Positions 39,278-49,321 of a DNA stretch of 64,000 nt are shown one piece after another. Origin of the DNA: an uncultured Acidobacteriota bacterium (GTDB lineage: Bacteria > Acidobacteriota > Polarisedimenticolia > J045); assembly GCA_963702425.1 (NCBI GenBank), contig CAVPCQ010000036.1:13937-77936 (forward strand), in the 5' to 3' direction. A model generated the notes under the pieces. The model saw only the letters and a program-made list of their open reading frames with translations. It was not told the origin of the DNA and made no database searches. The stretch's first letter is position 1. The number at the start of each line of letters is the position of its first letter. Both the position numbers and the translations under genes were made by a program.

Positions 39278-41455
39278 TCAACCGTGGATCTGCCCTGCCG
39301 CGTGCTGCGGCGAGACGCGCTCGACCTGGTAAACCCCCTCCGTGCGCCGGATGCGGTCGAGCAGCTTCTCGACCTGGGCGCGGTGCGCCACCTCGGCCAC
39401 GATCGAGATCACTCCGCGTCCGGCGTCGTCGACGCCGGCGTCGGCATGGCCGATGTTGATCCGCTCCTTCTCCAGGATCTCGGCGACGCGGGCCAGCATC
39501 CCGGGCTGGTTTCGAGTCAGGACCCGGAGACCGACGTTGAATCGCGAGGCATCCTCTCCCGCGGCCCAGGCGACCTCGATCCGCCGGTCGCTCTCCACCA
39601 GCAGCCCTTCGAGGTTTCCGCAGTCCTCCCGGTGGACCGACACACCGCGCCCGCGCGTGATGTACCCGACGATCGTGTCGCCCGGGATCGGGCAGCAGCA
39701 GCGGGCGAGGGTCACGAGGGTGTCGCCCATCCCGTGGACGAGCACCTTGTCCGGGCCGGACCGGGTCAGGGCCCGGGAGACGCGCCGGAGGAGCGAGGGG
39801 GGCTCGTCGGGCTTCAAGGCGGCAACGGGCGAGACCAGCGCCAGGAACTGCTGGGGCGTGATCTTGCCGTGACCGAGCGCGGCGTACAGGTCCTCGAGCG
39901 ACCGGTACTTCAACTCGCTCAGCGCGGCCGCCTGCTTCTCCTCCGCGAGACCCTTGAGCGAGACGTTGTAGCGGCGCGCCTCCTTCTCCAGCAGCGAGCG
40001 GCCCAGCTCGATCGAGCGCTCGCGCTCGGACGCCTTGAGGAAGGCGCGGATCTTGCTGCGCGCGCGGGTGGTGCGCGCAATCGCCAGCCAGTCACGGCTC
40101 GGCTTGTGGCCGGCCTGGGTGACGATCTCGACGATGTCCCCCGACTTCAGCTCGGTCTTGAGGGGCACGAGGCGGCCGTTGACGCGCCCGCCGACGCAGG
40201 TGTGACCGACCTCGGTGTGGATCTCGTAGGCGAAATCGACCGGCGTCGCCCCCTTCGGCAGCGAGACGACCCGGCCCTTGGGCGTGAAGACGTAGACCTC
40301 GCCGGGAAACAGGTCGACCTTGACGTACTTGACGAACTCCCGCGAGTCGGCGATGTCCTTCTGCCAGTCCATCACCTGGCGCAGCCACTGGACGCCGGCG
40401 ACCTCCTTTTCGGTCAGCATGCCGCGCTCCTTGTAGCGCCAGTGCGCGGCGATCCCCTCCTCGGCGAGGCGGTGCATCTCGAGCGTACGGATCTGGACCT
40501 CGAACGGGTATCCCTTGTCCGACATCACGGTGGTATGCAGGGACTGGTAGAGGTTCGGCTTCGGCATCGCGATGAAGTCCTTGATCCGCCCCGGCACCGG
40601 CGGCCAGAGCGAGTGCACGATGCCGAGCGCGCCGTAGCAGTCCTTGACCGAGCTCGTGATGACCCGCAGCGCGACGACGTCGTAGACCTGCTCGACGTCG
40701 ATCATCTGGACCTGCATCTTGTGGTAGATCGAGAAGACGCTCTTCAGCCGGCCACGGATCTCGGCCTTGATCCCGTGCTCCTCGAGGGCCGCGGACAGCT
40801 TCTCCCGGACTTCGGCGACCAGCACGTCGGAGACCTGCCGCTTCGCTTCGAGCTGCGCGATCAGCTGGGCGTACGCCTCCGGGTCCGAGAACTTGACCGA
40901 CAGGTCCTGCAGCTCGGACTGGATCCGGCCGAGACCCAGCCGGTTGGCCAGCGGGACGTAGATCTCGAGCGTCTCGGCGGAGATCTGCTTCTGCTTCTCC
41001 GGCGGCATGAACCCGAGCGTGCGCATGTTGTGCAGCCGGTCGGCGAGCTTGACCAGGATGACCCGGATGTCGCCGACCATCGCCAGGATCATCTTCCGGA
41101 TGTTCTCGGCCTGGCGCTCCGCCTCGGAGGCCATGTCGAGGCGCGACAGCTTCGTCACGCCGTCGACGAGCTGGGCGACCTCCTTGCCGAAGTTCTCCTG
41201 GATGTCCGCCTCGGTCGCGTGGGAGTCCTCGACGACGTCGTGGAGCAGGCCGGCCGCCACGGTCGGCACGTCCAGCTCGAGGTCGGCCAGGATGTGGGCC
41301 ACCTCCAGCGGGTGGATCAGGTAGGGCTCTCCGTTGCGCCGCAGCTGCCCGCGGTGCGCCATCGCGCTGTAGATGTAGGCGCGGCGCAGGAGTTCCAGGT
41401 CCGCGTCGGGGCGGTTGCGCTCGACTCGTTCCTGGATGTCCTCGAACCGGATCAA
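39278..41455 (-). CDS. rel: Bifunctional (p)ppGpp synthetase/hydrolase (RelA/SpoT family)
   Basis: HD motif LLHDVVED, DRLHNMRT, YQSLHT, EVQIRT, TGS, CC and ACT domains. TTG start with TATAAT at 41479-41484 on the minus strand. Confidence 0.96.
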   Translation of the reverse strand: MIRFEDIQERVERNRPDADLELLRRAYIYSAMAHRGQLRRNGEPYLIHPLEVAHILADLELDVPTVAAGLLHDVVEDSHATEADIQENFGKEVAQLVDGVTKLSRLDMASEAERQAENIRKMILAMVGDIRVILVKLADRLHNMRTLGFMPPEKQKQISAETLEIYVPLANRLGLGRIQSELQDLSVKFSDPEAYAQLIAQLEAKRQVSDVLVAEVREKLSAALEEHGIKAEIRGRLKSVFSIYHKMQVQMIDVEQVYDVVALRVITSSVKDCYGALGIVHSLWPPVPGRIKDFIAMPKPNLYQSLHTTVMSDKGYPFEVQIRTLEMHRLAEEGIAAHWRYKERGMLTEKEVAGVQWLRQVMDWQKDIADSREFVKYVKVDLFPGEVYVFTPKGRVVSLPKGATPVDFAYEIHTEVGHTCVGGRVNGRLVPLKTELKSGDIVEIVTQAGHKPSRDWLAIARTTRARSKIRAFLKASERERSIELGRSLLEKEARRYNVSLKGLAEEKQAAALSELKYRSLEDLYAALGHGKITPQQFLALVSPVAALKPDEPPSLLRRVSRALTRSGPDKVLVHGMGDTLVTLARCCCPIPGDTIVGYITRGRGVSVHREDCGNLEGLLVESDRRIEVAWAAGEDASRFNVGLRVLTRNQPGMLARVAEILEKERINIGHADAGVDDAGRGVISIVAEVAHRAQVEKLLDRIRRTEGVYQVERVSPQHAAGQIHG

Positions 41456-41559
41456 CGGCGGGCCTCCCGGCCCGGAGGATTATAGGGACCGCGGCCCGAA
41501 ACGCGCCGGGCCGCCCCGCGCGGCGGCCCGGACGGCGCAAGCGGGGACGGGCGCCGGCC

Positions 41560-42771
41560 TCAGGCCCGCGCGCGCCCGGTCGGTTTGGCCGCCTTGGCGG
41601 CGCGGGCGGCCTTGGCGTCGGCCGGCTGGCGCGAGGCGCGCCACTTCGTCCACCAGACCACGAACGGGCAGGCGACGTAGAGCGACGACAGCGTGCCGAT
41701 GATGATCCCCCACAGCAGTACGAACGAGAAGCCGTGGAGCACGATCCCGCCGAAGAAGAACAGCGAGGCGGCGGTGACGATCGTGCAGATCCCGGTGATC
41801 AGGGTCCGGGGCAGGACCTCGTTCAGCGCCTCGTTGACGGTCGAGGCGAAGCCGGCGGTCCCGCGGTTCCGGATCAGCTCCCGGATCCGGTCGAAGACGA
41901 CGATCTTGTCGTTGACCGAGTAGCCGATCAGGGTCAGGAAGGCCGCCACGACCGGGAGGGTGAACTCCTCCTTGAAGAGCGCGAACAGCCCCAGCGTCAC
42001 GATCACGTCGAAGCCCAGCGCCACCATCGCGCCCAGGCCCCACTTGAGGCCCGAGAAGCGGATCCAGAGGTAGAGCATCATCAGGACGAGCGCGCCGACG
42101 CTGGCGATCAGCGCCCGGTTGCGCATCTCCTGGCTGATCGAGGCCTCGATCACCTCCTGGCCACGCAGTCCGAACGGCCCGACGAACGCGTGCTGGGCCA
42201 TCCAGCCCTTCGCCGCCTCCGGAACCGCGGGCAGCGCGCGGACCTGGTCGAGCCCGGTCAGCACGCCGCCGCTCTCGCGCCGCAGGGCGAGGATCGCGTC
42301 GGCCGCGGCCTCGGCTTCGGCCCGGGCCAGCCCCGCGTCGGCCGCCATCCGGTCGGCGATGGTGACCTGGTCGGCCGTGTTGAGGTTGATCTGCCCGGCG
42401 TCGATCTTCTGCTTCACGTCGGCCGGCCGCAGGGCCTCGACGACCTGGGTCGCGAGGTCCCCTTCCTTCGACTGCGAGCCATCCTTCGGCAGTCCGACCC
42501 GGATCGCCAGCTCGCGGCCCCCGGTGTCGCCGAAGGTCGTGACCGTCACGCCCGGCAGGTTGGCCGCGTCGAGCGTCTGGCGGATCGTCGCGATGTCCGG
42601 CGCGTCGATGTAGCGCAGGGCCACCTCGGCGCCGCCGGTAAACTCGACACCGCGCTGGATGCCGAACATCGCCATCATGGCGAGGGCGAAGACCAGGCCC
42701 CCGCCGATGAACGCGGCGATGAAGGCCCGCTGGCCCATGAAGTCGTACTTGCGCGGGAACTTGATCTGCAT
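41560..42771 (-). CDS. secF: Protein translocase subunit SecF with a periplasmic insertion
   Basis: GVEFTGG, GYSVNDKIVVFDRIRE, RTLIT. Confidence 0.93.
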   Translation of the reverse strand: MQIKFPRKYDFMGQRAFIAAFIGGGLVFALAMMAMFGIQRGVEFTGGAEVALRYIDAPDIATIRQTLDAANLPGVTVTTFGDTGGRELAIRVGLPKDGSQSKEGDLATQVVEALRPADVKQKIDAGQINLNTADQVTIADRMAADAGLARAEAEAAADAILALRRESGGVLTGLDQVRALPAVPEAAKGWMAQHAFVGPFGLRGQEVIEASISQEMRNRALIASVGALVLMMLYLWIRFSGLKWGLGAMVALGFDVIVTLGLFALFKEEFTLPVVAAFLTLIGYSVNDKIVVFDRIRELIRNRGTAGFASTVNEALNEVLPRTLITGICTIVTAASLFFFGGIVLHGFSFVLLWGIIIGTLSSLYVACPFVVWWTKWRASRQPADAKAARAAKAAKPTGRARA

Positions 42772-42786
42772 GGTTGGCTCCGCCCG

Positions 42787-44402
42787 TCAGATCGACAGCG
42801 TCTTGATCGGGCGCTGGAGGATCATCTCGAAAAGGGTCTTGCTCGCGAAGACCGCGGTGAACATGTTGGCCAAGAGGCCGATGATCAGCGTCACGGCGAA
42901 CCCCTTGACCGGCCCGGTGCCGTAGCCGATCAGGAACAGCGCCGCGATGATCGTCGTCACGTTGGAGTCGAAGATCGCGGAGAAGGCCTTGTTGAAGCCG
43001 GCCTCGACCGCCCCCTTGACGGTCTTGCCGGCGGCCAGCTCCTCCCGGATGCGCTCGAAGATCAGCACGTTGGCGTCGACCGCCATGCCGACCGTCAGCG
43101 CCAGGCCGGCGATGCCGGGGAGCGTCAGCGTCGCCCCCATCTGGGCCATCGACGCGAACAGAATGAGCATGTTCAGCGCCAGCGCGAGGATCGCGTTGAT
43201 CCCGGCGGCCTTGTAGTAGACCAGCATGAAGAGGCAGGTGAAGGCGGCACCGAACGCCGCGGCCCGCAGGCCGTCGCGGATCGAGTCGCGTCCGAGCGAG
43301 GGGCCGACGGTCCGCTCCTCCAGGGTCAGGATGCGGGCCGGCAGCGCGCCGGCGCGCAGGACCAGCGAGAGTTCGTCGGCCTCGGCCGGCGTGAAGTTCC
43401 CCTCGATCTGGCCGTTCGTGCGGATCTCGCCCCGGATCGCCGGCGCCGACTTGATCTTCCCGTCCAGCACGATCGGCATCTGCTTGCCGATGTGCGAGCG
43501 GGTGAAGTTCCCGAAGCGGTCGGCGGCCCCGACGCGCAGGCTGAAGGAGACGACGGTGTTGTTCCACTCGCCCTGCGAGGCCTGCGCGTTCTGCAGGTCG
43601 GTCCCGGAGATCACGGCCGACTTCTCGACCGCCATGTAGCCGGAGATCTGCGCCGGCGGCGGCGGCTGGCTGGGATCGAGGATCTTGCGCTCCGCCTCCA
43701 TCGGCAGGATCTCGACGCCCGGTGGGACGTTGCCGCCGAGCTGGGCGGCGACGTCCTCGCTTGCGTCGCCGCGACGAAGGGCCCCGCGCCGTCCGGCGTG
43801 TAGAACGCGGAGCGCAGCTCGAGCTGGGCCTGGGCCTGGATCACGCGCTTCACGCGCGAGGGGTCCTCGACGCCCGGCATCTGGACCAGCAGCCGGTTGG
43901 CATTCTCGCCGCCGAGCCGCGTCACCGAGGCCTCGGCGACGCCGAGCGCGTCGACGCGGTTCTGGACGGTCGTCAGCGCCTGCCGGACCGCCCGGTCGCG
44001 CAGCAGCTGCTCCTCGGCGCGCGGCATCTGGACGCGGATCTCCGCGCCCGATGTGCCGACCGTCCAGTCGCCCGACTCTTCGGTCACGATCCGCTCGGCT
44101 TCGCCGAGCCGTGCCGCGGGGACTCCCGTGACCACGACCGAACCGGTCGTGTCGCCGGTGATCGCGCGCGCCTCGGTGTACCCTTCCTTGCGCAGGCGTT
44201 CGCCGATCCGCGTCGCCTCGATATCGGCCTCCGCCTTGATCGCGTCGTCGGTCTGGACCTGCATCACGAGGTAGGACCCCCCGCGCAAGTCGAGGCCCAG
44301 CTTGACGTTGGCGAAGGTGTGCTCGGTCCGCGGCCAGACCTGCCAGATCGCCCACAGCGTGACGGCCGCGATCAGCGCGAGCTTCCAGTGGAGCGGCTTC
44401 AC
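42787..44402 (-). CDS. secD: Protein translocase subunit SecD; frameshift near 43760 (probably a sequence error)
   Basis: N-half (LGLDLRGG, NRVDALGVAE) is in one frame; C-half (VGPSLG, TLPGIAG, GMAVDANVLIFERIREE) is in another. Confidence 0.9.
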
Positions 44403-44749
44403 AGGCTCTCCTCGTCCGACTTCCCGGCGATGTGGGAGCGGAGCACGGTCACCTCGACCGTCGGCGCGATGCGGACCTTCAGCTTGGTGTCGTCCGCCTT
44501 GATCACCTTCCCGACCAGTCCGCCGGAGGTCACGACCGTCTCGCCCGGCTGGATCTGCTTCAGCATCTCCTCGTGCGCCTTCTGCCGCTGGCGCGCCGGC
44601 CGGATCAGCAGGAAGTAGAAGATGACGAAGACGAGGAGGATCGGGGCGAACTGGATCAGGTAGGCCGTGGCACCCGGCGCGGCCGGCTGCTGCGCGAGCA
44701 GCGCGAGCGGCGCACCGGTGCCGGTGACGAGCTGTTGGAACTGGGTCAT
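44399..44749 (-). CDS. yajC: Preprotein translocase subunit YajC
   Basis: IFYFLLIRP, GETVVTSGGLVGKV. Confidence 0.95.
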   Translation of the reverse strand: MTQFQQLVTGTGAPLALLAQQPAAPGATAYLIQFAPILLVFVIFYFLLIRPARQRQKAHEEMLKQIQPGETVVTSGGLVGKVIKADDTKLKVRIAPTVEVTVLRSHIAGKSDEESL

Positions 44750-44918
44750 GGTTGAGAAGACCTCGCCGGACCGGGGGCGATGGCGGCACCCCGGGTCGAA
44801 GGGGCGGCCGGACGGAAAACCGCCGGGACCGCGAAAAACGTCGCATTCTGGGGGGATACGGGCGACCGGTCAAGCTGGGGCTTGGCCGGAGCACCGTCCG
44901 AAGAGGAGCTGAGGCCCC

Positions 44919-45575
44919 GTGACCGAGACGCTGACGAGCCCCCTCCTGGCCCGGCGCGCGGGCGTTCCGCACGGCTTTTCCCAGGCCCCGGGAGCGATTC
45001 CGGCGTGGCGGCCGAAGCAGGTCCACGGCGCGGAGATCGCGGAGCCGGAGCGGGCTGGCGCGCCGGCCGTGACGGCGGATGCAGCGCTCTCCCGGACCGG
45101 CGGGCCGACCGTAGGGGTCGTGACGGCCGACTGCGTCCCGCTCCTGCTGGCCGTCGAGGGAGGGGCAGCGGTCGCGGCGGTGCACGCTGGCTGGCGGGGG
45201 GTAGCGGCCGGCGTGATCGAGGCCGCGATCGAACGACTGCGAACCGCGGCGCCGGGACGCGTGCTGGTCGCCGCGGTCGGGCCGGCCGCGGGTGGCTGCT
45301 GCTACGAGGTTGGGCCGGAGGTGATCGCGGCGCTGGCCGCCGCCCCACCGCGAATCGCGCCCGGACCGCGCGGACGCCCCCTGCTCGACCTGCGCGGCGT
45401 GGTCGCCGACCGGCTCCAGGCGGCCGGCCTTGCGGCGGATGCGATCGAGCAGGTCGGACCGTGCACGATCTGCAGCGCGGGGTGGCCCTCGTATCGCCGC
45501 GAGGGCGAGGGCGCCGGACGAGCGCTGGCTTTCGTGGCCCCGGCGGCATCCCCGACGGCGTCGCCGGCGCCGTAG
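44919..45575 (+). CDS. pgeF: PgeF/YfiH laccase-domain protein
   Basis: QVHG, TADCVPLL, HAGWRG, CCYEVG, CTIC, SYRR. Confidence 0.9.
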   Translation: MTETLTSPLLARRAGVPHGFSQAPGAIPAWRPKQVHGAEIAEPERAGAPAVTADAALSRTGGPTVGVVTADCVPLLLAVEGGAAVAAVHAGWRGVAAGVIEAAIERLRTAAPGRVLVAAVGPAAGGCCYEVGPEVIAALAAAPPRIAPGPRGRPLLDLRGVVADRLQAAGLAADAIEQVGPCTICSAGWPSYRREGEGAGRALAFVAPAASPTASPAP

Positions 45576-45631
45576 TTCGGCTCTTCCTTCGGGCCGCGCG
45601 CCGCCCCGCGCCAGCGAAAGCGGGGCGCCGC

Positions 45632-45660
45632 TTGCCCGGGCCCCGCCCCGTCGCCATAAT
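45632..45660 (+). promoter_or_regulatory. Sigma70 promoter of tRNA-Ser
   Basis: TTGCCC-N17-CATAAT. Confidence 0.6.
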
Positions 45661-45686
45661 CACGCGGCTTTTTCCCGTCCCGCCGC

Positions 45687-45780
<94 letters not shown>

Positions 45781-45788
45781 GTCCCGTC

Positions 45789-46169
45789 CTACTTCAGCTT
45801 TACCGACACACCCTTCACGGACAGCTCCTTGACCGCGAGCGTGAAGGCGTTCTTCTTCTCCCGCGCCTCGATCTTGACCTCGTCGTCGCCGCGGGTGTCG
45901 ACCCGGTAGGCGTCGCCGAGCGCGACCTTGAAGGCCTTCGCGATCGCCTCGGAGATCGCCGCTTCGCGGTCGCGGTCGGCCACCGGGATCTGGATCTCTT
46001 TCACTTCGCCGGTCGCGGGGGTGAAGCCGAAGTTGATGTAGCCGTTGCTGTCGGCACGGCCGTCGATCTCGATGCGCGCACGGGTCACCGGCGATTCGGC
46101 CAGCGCCGCACCGAAGACCAGGGCCGCCACGATGCCGATGAGCGCGAGGCCTGCGATCCGCGTCTTCAT
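45789..46169 (-). CDS. Small secreted hypothetical protein
   Basis: GGAG SD, signal peptide ending ALA, strong GC3 codon bias. Confidence 0.75.
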   Translation of the reverse strand: MKTRIAGLALIGIVAALVFGAALAESPVTRARIEIDGRADSNGYINFGFTPATGEVKEIQIPVADRDREAAISEAIAKAFKVALGDAYRVDTRGDDEVKIEAREKKNAFTLAVKELSVKGVSVKLK

Positions 46170-46264
46170 GAGTGTTCTCCCGTCGCCGCGGAAGCGCGGC
46201 TTGTTGCCCATCGTAGCGCGGATCGCGCGCCCGCCGCCCGCCGCGCCCGGCGAGTTCCCCTACA

Positions 46265-47272
46265 ATGACGCCCGTGAAACGACGGGTCCTCATTCTCCAC
46301 ACCGGCGGGACGCTCGGGATGCGCCCGCGCGCCGTGGACCAGGCCCTGGCCCCCGACGAGTTCGGGTCGGTCATCCTGGAGAGCGTCCCGGAACTGACCG
46401 AGATCGCGGCGATCGACGCGCAGGTCCTCTGCAACCTCGATTCCTGCGACGTGACTCCCGCCCACTGGGAGTCGTTCGCACGCGAGATCGCCGGCGCGAT
46501 CGATCGCTGGGACGGGATCGTCGTGACGCACGGGACGGACGCGATGGCCTACACCGCCTCGGCGCTGTCGTTCCTGCTGCGGAACCTCGGCAAGCCGGTG
46601 ATCCTGACCGGCGCGCAGCGGCCCTTGGCCGACCCGCGCTCGGACGGCCGCGCCAACCTGGTCGGCGCAGTCGACCTGGCCACGCGCCCGATCCCGGAGG
46701 TCGGGATCTACTTCGACGGCCACCTGCTGCGCGGCAACCGGACGACCAAGCGCAGCTCGTTCGCCTTCGCCGCCTACCGCTCGCCGAATTTCCCGCCGCT
46801 GGCCGAGATCGGGACCGACGTGAGGATGCTCTCCGAGCCGCTCCGGCCGCGGGGGACGCTGGCGATCGAGGGGCGCTTCGACGCCCGCGTCGCCGCCGTC
46901 CGGCTGCTTCCGGGCCAGCCGGCCGAGCCGCTGCGCGCGCTGGCCGGGAGCGGCGTCGGGGCGGTGCTGCTGCAGGCCTTCGGCGTCGGCAACCTCCCGG
47001 TCGTCGACCGCGGCGTGGCGCGAGCGATCGCGGAGCTGGTCGAGGCCGGGATCGTCGTGGCGATCGGCTCGCAGTCGCTGCACGGCCGGGTCGACCTCTC
47101 GCACTACGCCGGCGGGCGGCTGGCGCGCGAGGTCGGGGCGGTCGGCACGGGCGACATGACGACCGAGGCCGCCGCGGTGAAGCTGATGTACCTGCTCGGC
47201 ACCTTCGGCAGCGCGCAGGAGGTGCGCGAGCGGCTGTGCACGCCGATCGCCGGCGAGGTCACGCCGGGTTGA
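46265..47272 (+). CDS. ansA: Cytoplasmic (type I) L-asparaginase; true start may be GTG at 46274
   Basis: HTGGTLGM, DSCDV, THGTDAMAY, LTGAQ, RGNRTTK; no signal peptide. Confidence 0.9.
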   Translation: MTPVKRRVLILHTGGTLGMRPRAVDQALAPDEFGSVILESVPELTEIAAIDAQVLCNLDSCDVTPAHWESFAREIAGAIDRWDGIVVTHGTDAMAYTASALSFLLRNLGKPVILTGAQRPLADPRSDGRANLVGAVDLATRPIPEVGIYFDGHLLRGNRTTKRSSFAFAAYRSPNFPPLAEIGTDVRMLSEPLRPRGTLAIEGRFDARVAAVRLLPGQPAEPLRALAGSGVGAVLLQAFGVGNLPVVDRGVARAIAELVEAGIVVAIGSQSLHGRVDLSHYAGGRLAREVGAVGTGDMTTEAAAVKLMYLLGTFGSAQEVRERLCTPIAGEVTPG

Positions 47273-47288
47273 TCGCGAGGGGGAAGCC

Positions 47289-48113
47289 ATGAGCCATCTC
47301 GACGCCCACGCCGACCGGATCGCCGGGCTGATCTCAGGGGCCGGGGACGAGCTGCCGCTGTTCGTGACCGGCGCGGGGGTGAGCGTCGCCAGCGGGATCC
47401 CGACCTTCCGCGGGGCCGACCCGGACGCGATCTGGCGCAAGGACGACATCGAGCTGGCCACCTTCCGCGCGCTCAAGGCCGAGCCGCAGCGCTTTTGGGA
47501 CTGGTACGCGCGGCGCTTCCTGTCGCTGCGCGGCAAGCAGCCCAACGGCGCCCACCAGGCGCTCGCCGGAATCGACCGCGCGCTGGCCCGGCAGGGTCGC
47601 GATTTCCTGCTGGTCACCCAGAACATCGACACGCTGCACGAGCAGGCCGGGGCCCAGCGGATCGTGAAGGTGCACGGCACCTCCGACCGCGTCCGCTGCG
47701 CGCGCTACGGCTGCGAGCACGGCGCGCCCACGGGATCGCTGCCGCTGCCCGACGAGGATCTCGAGCGCTTCGCGAAGGAGCTCGCCGAGTCCCGCCTGCC
47801 GACCTGCCCCGCCTGCGGCGGCGTGCTGCGGCCGCACGTGCTGCTGTTCGACGAGTTCTACACCGAGCACCTCGACTACGGCTTCGACCGCGTCGAGGCG
47901 GCTGCGGCGCGCGCCGCGTTCATCGTCTTCATCGGGACCTCGCTCTCGGTCGGCGTGACTGCGGTGCTCGAGGCCGCCGCGCGGCGGCGCGGCGTCCCGG
48001 CGCTGCTGATCGATCCCGCGCCCGCGCCGCCCGGTTCGGGGACGACGCTGTCGCACGTCGCCGCGCGCTCGGAGGAGCTGCTCCCGAGGGTGCTCGAGAG
48101 GATCGCGGGATGA
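47289..48113 (+). CDS. cobB: Sir2-family NAD-dependent deacylase
   Basis: GAGVSVASGIPTFRG, QNIDTLH, HG, Zn-binding cysteines, GTS; YxxR motif (WYARR) as in class III sirtuins. Confidence 0.85.
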   Translation: MSHLDAHADRIAGLISGAGDELPLFVTGAGVSVASGIPTFRGADPDAIWRKDDIELATFRALKAEPQRFWDWYARRFLSLRGKQPNGAHQALAGIDRALARQGRDFLLVTQNIDTLHEQAGAQRIVKVHGTSDRVRCARYGCEHGAPTGSLPLPDEDLERFAKELAESRLPTCPACGGVLRPHVLLFDEFYTEHLDYGFDRVEAAAARAAFIVFIGTSLSVGVTAVLEAAARRRGVPALLIDPAPAPPGSGTTLSHVAARSEELLPRVLERIAG

Positions 48114-48119
48114 GAGGGC

Positions 48120-48273
48120 CGTGGGTCGCGCTGAAGGCCCCGGCAGAAACCGGCCCCGTTCCCGGGGGGGCCGGAAGCGGGGCCGGGGGGGGAAGTGGCA
48201 CCGGGGGGGGCCGGTGCCTGGTGGGAGGAGCGTGCGACAGGTCCGATAAGAAATCGGTCAAATCGTTCACGCT
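48120..48273 (-). ncRNA. Candidate small RNA with C-rich loops
   Basis: Lies downstream of a near-consensus promoter; three hairpins, two with oligo-C loops, plus a CTCCTCCC tract; no convincing ORF. Confidence 0.4.
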
Positions 48274-48279
48274 GGGGGC

Positions 48280-48308
48280 ATGATACGGCGACCCCGCGAG
48301 CCCGTCAA
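48280..48308 (-). promoter_or_regulatory. Near-consensus sigma70 promoter with no gene downstream
   Basis: Minus strand TTGACG-N17-TATCAT. Confidence 0.65.
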
Positions 48309-48433
48309 GACGTCCTTGTGCGACTTCATCTCGCTGGACGGACGGGGGACTCTCGCCGGATAATCTACCCGGTGAGGACCCTGAGCCCATCTGAACAATC
48401 GGTCACATCGTCCAGAATGAGCTCGGAGAGGCG

Positions 48434-49318
48434 ATGAGCTCGGTCTCCCGGCTCACGACCAGGGAACTCGCCGAGGCGATCGGCGTCAGCGAGTCGTCGA
48501 TCAAGCGCTGGGCCGACGACGGAGCGATTCTCGCGTCGCGCACGGCCGGCGGTCACCGGCGGATCGCGCTCCCCGAGGCGGTGCGGTTCGTCCGGGAGGC
48601 GCGCCTTCCGCTGGTCCGCCCCGAGGTGCTGGGGCTCCCCGATCTCGCCGCCCTCTCCGGCCGGCCGCCGAGCGAGGACGAAGCCACTCGGTTCTTCGAC
48701 TGCCTGCGCGACGGCCGGGCCGCCGAGACGCGAGGCCTGCTGCAGGCCCTCTACCTCCGCGGCACGGGGGTCCCCGCGATCGTCGACATCGTCGTGGCCG
48801 AGGCGATGCACCGGATCGGCGAGCTGTGGCGCGACGCGCCTGACGGGATCTGGCTCGAGCACCGCGCCACGGAGCTCTGCGCCCAGGCGCTCGGCCTGCT
48901 GCGCGGGCTGCTCCCCGCGCCGTCCGGCCCGCCCGCGGTCGGCGGCGGCGCACCCGGGGACCCCTACCTGCTGGCCCCGCTCGCGGCGGCGGTCGCGCTG
49001 GCGGCGGAGGGGTTCGAGGCCGCGAACCTCGGACCCGACCTGCCGCTCTCCAGCCTCGAGCGCGCGGTGCGGGAAATGCGCCCGGCGCTGGCTTACGTGT
49101 CGGTCTCCGCGCCCCGCGACGTCGCGGCCTTCGGCGAGGAGGTGGCATCGCTCGCGCGCGCCGTGGCGCCGCTGGGGACCTCGGTCGTCGTCGGGGGCCG
49201 CGCGCTGGAGTCGAGCGCGCTCCCCGCCGAGCCGAACCTGCACGCCGGGCGTACCATCGGCGAACTCGTCGCCTTCGCGCGCGGCCTGCGCGTGGCGGAG
49301 GGCGGCGCGCGCGGGTGA
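48434..49318 (+). CDS. MerR/excisionase-type HTH regulator with a cobalamin-binding-like domain (CarH/LitR-like)
   Basis: LAEAIGVSESSIKRWADDG...RTAGGHRR, four-helix cap with W-x9-EH, Rossmann domain (NLGPDLP, VSVS, VVGGRA). Confidence 0.8.
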   Translation: MSSVSRLTTRELAEAIGVSESSIKRWADDGAILASRTAGGHRRIALPEAVRFVREARLPLVRPEVLGLPDLAALSGRPPSEDEATRFFDCLRDGRAAETRGLLQALYLRGTGVPAIVDIVVAEAMHRIGELWRDAPDGIWLEHRATELCAQALGLLRGLLPAPSGPPAVGGGAPGDPYLLAPLAAAVALAAEGFEAANLGPDLPLSSLERAVREMRPALAYVSVSAPRDVAAFGEEVASLARAVAPLGTSVVVGGRALESSALPAEPNLHAGRTIGELVAFARGLRVAEGGARG

Positions 49319-49321
49319 GCG

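Noticed and set aside
43750-43770. Programmed frameshift in secD
   Set aside because: No slippery heptamer is evident, and similar indels occur in unrelated genes, so error is more likely.
47289-48113. Sir2 protein as an anti-phage effector (Thoeris/DSR-type)
   Set aside because: It has the Zn-binding cysteines and motifs of a housekeeping CobB-type deacylase and no defence partner genes.
48280-48293. ATGATACGGCGACC matches part of the Illumina P5 adapter
   Set aside because: Only 14 nt match before it diverges, and it is better explained as the -10 box and spacer of a well-spaced minus-strand promoter.
47929-48390. 153-aa Pro-rich minus-strand ORF
   Set aside because: It overlaps the sirtuin antisense, starts upstream of the promoter, and its Pro runs simply reflect the C-tracts of the hairpins.
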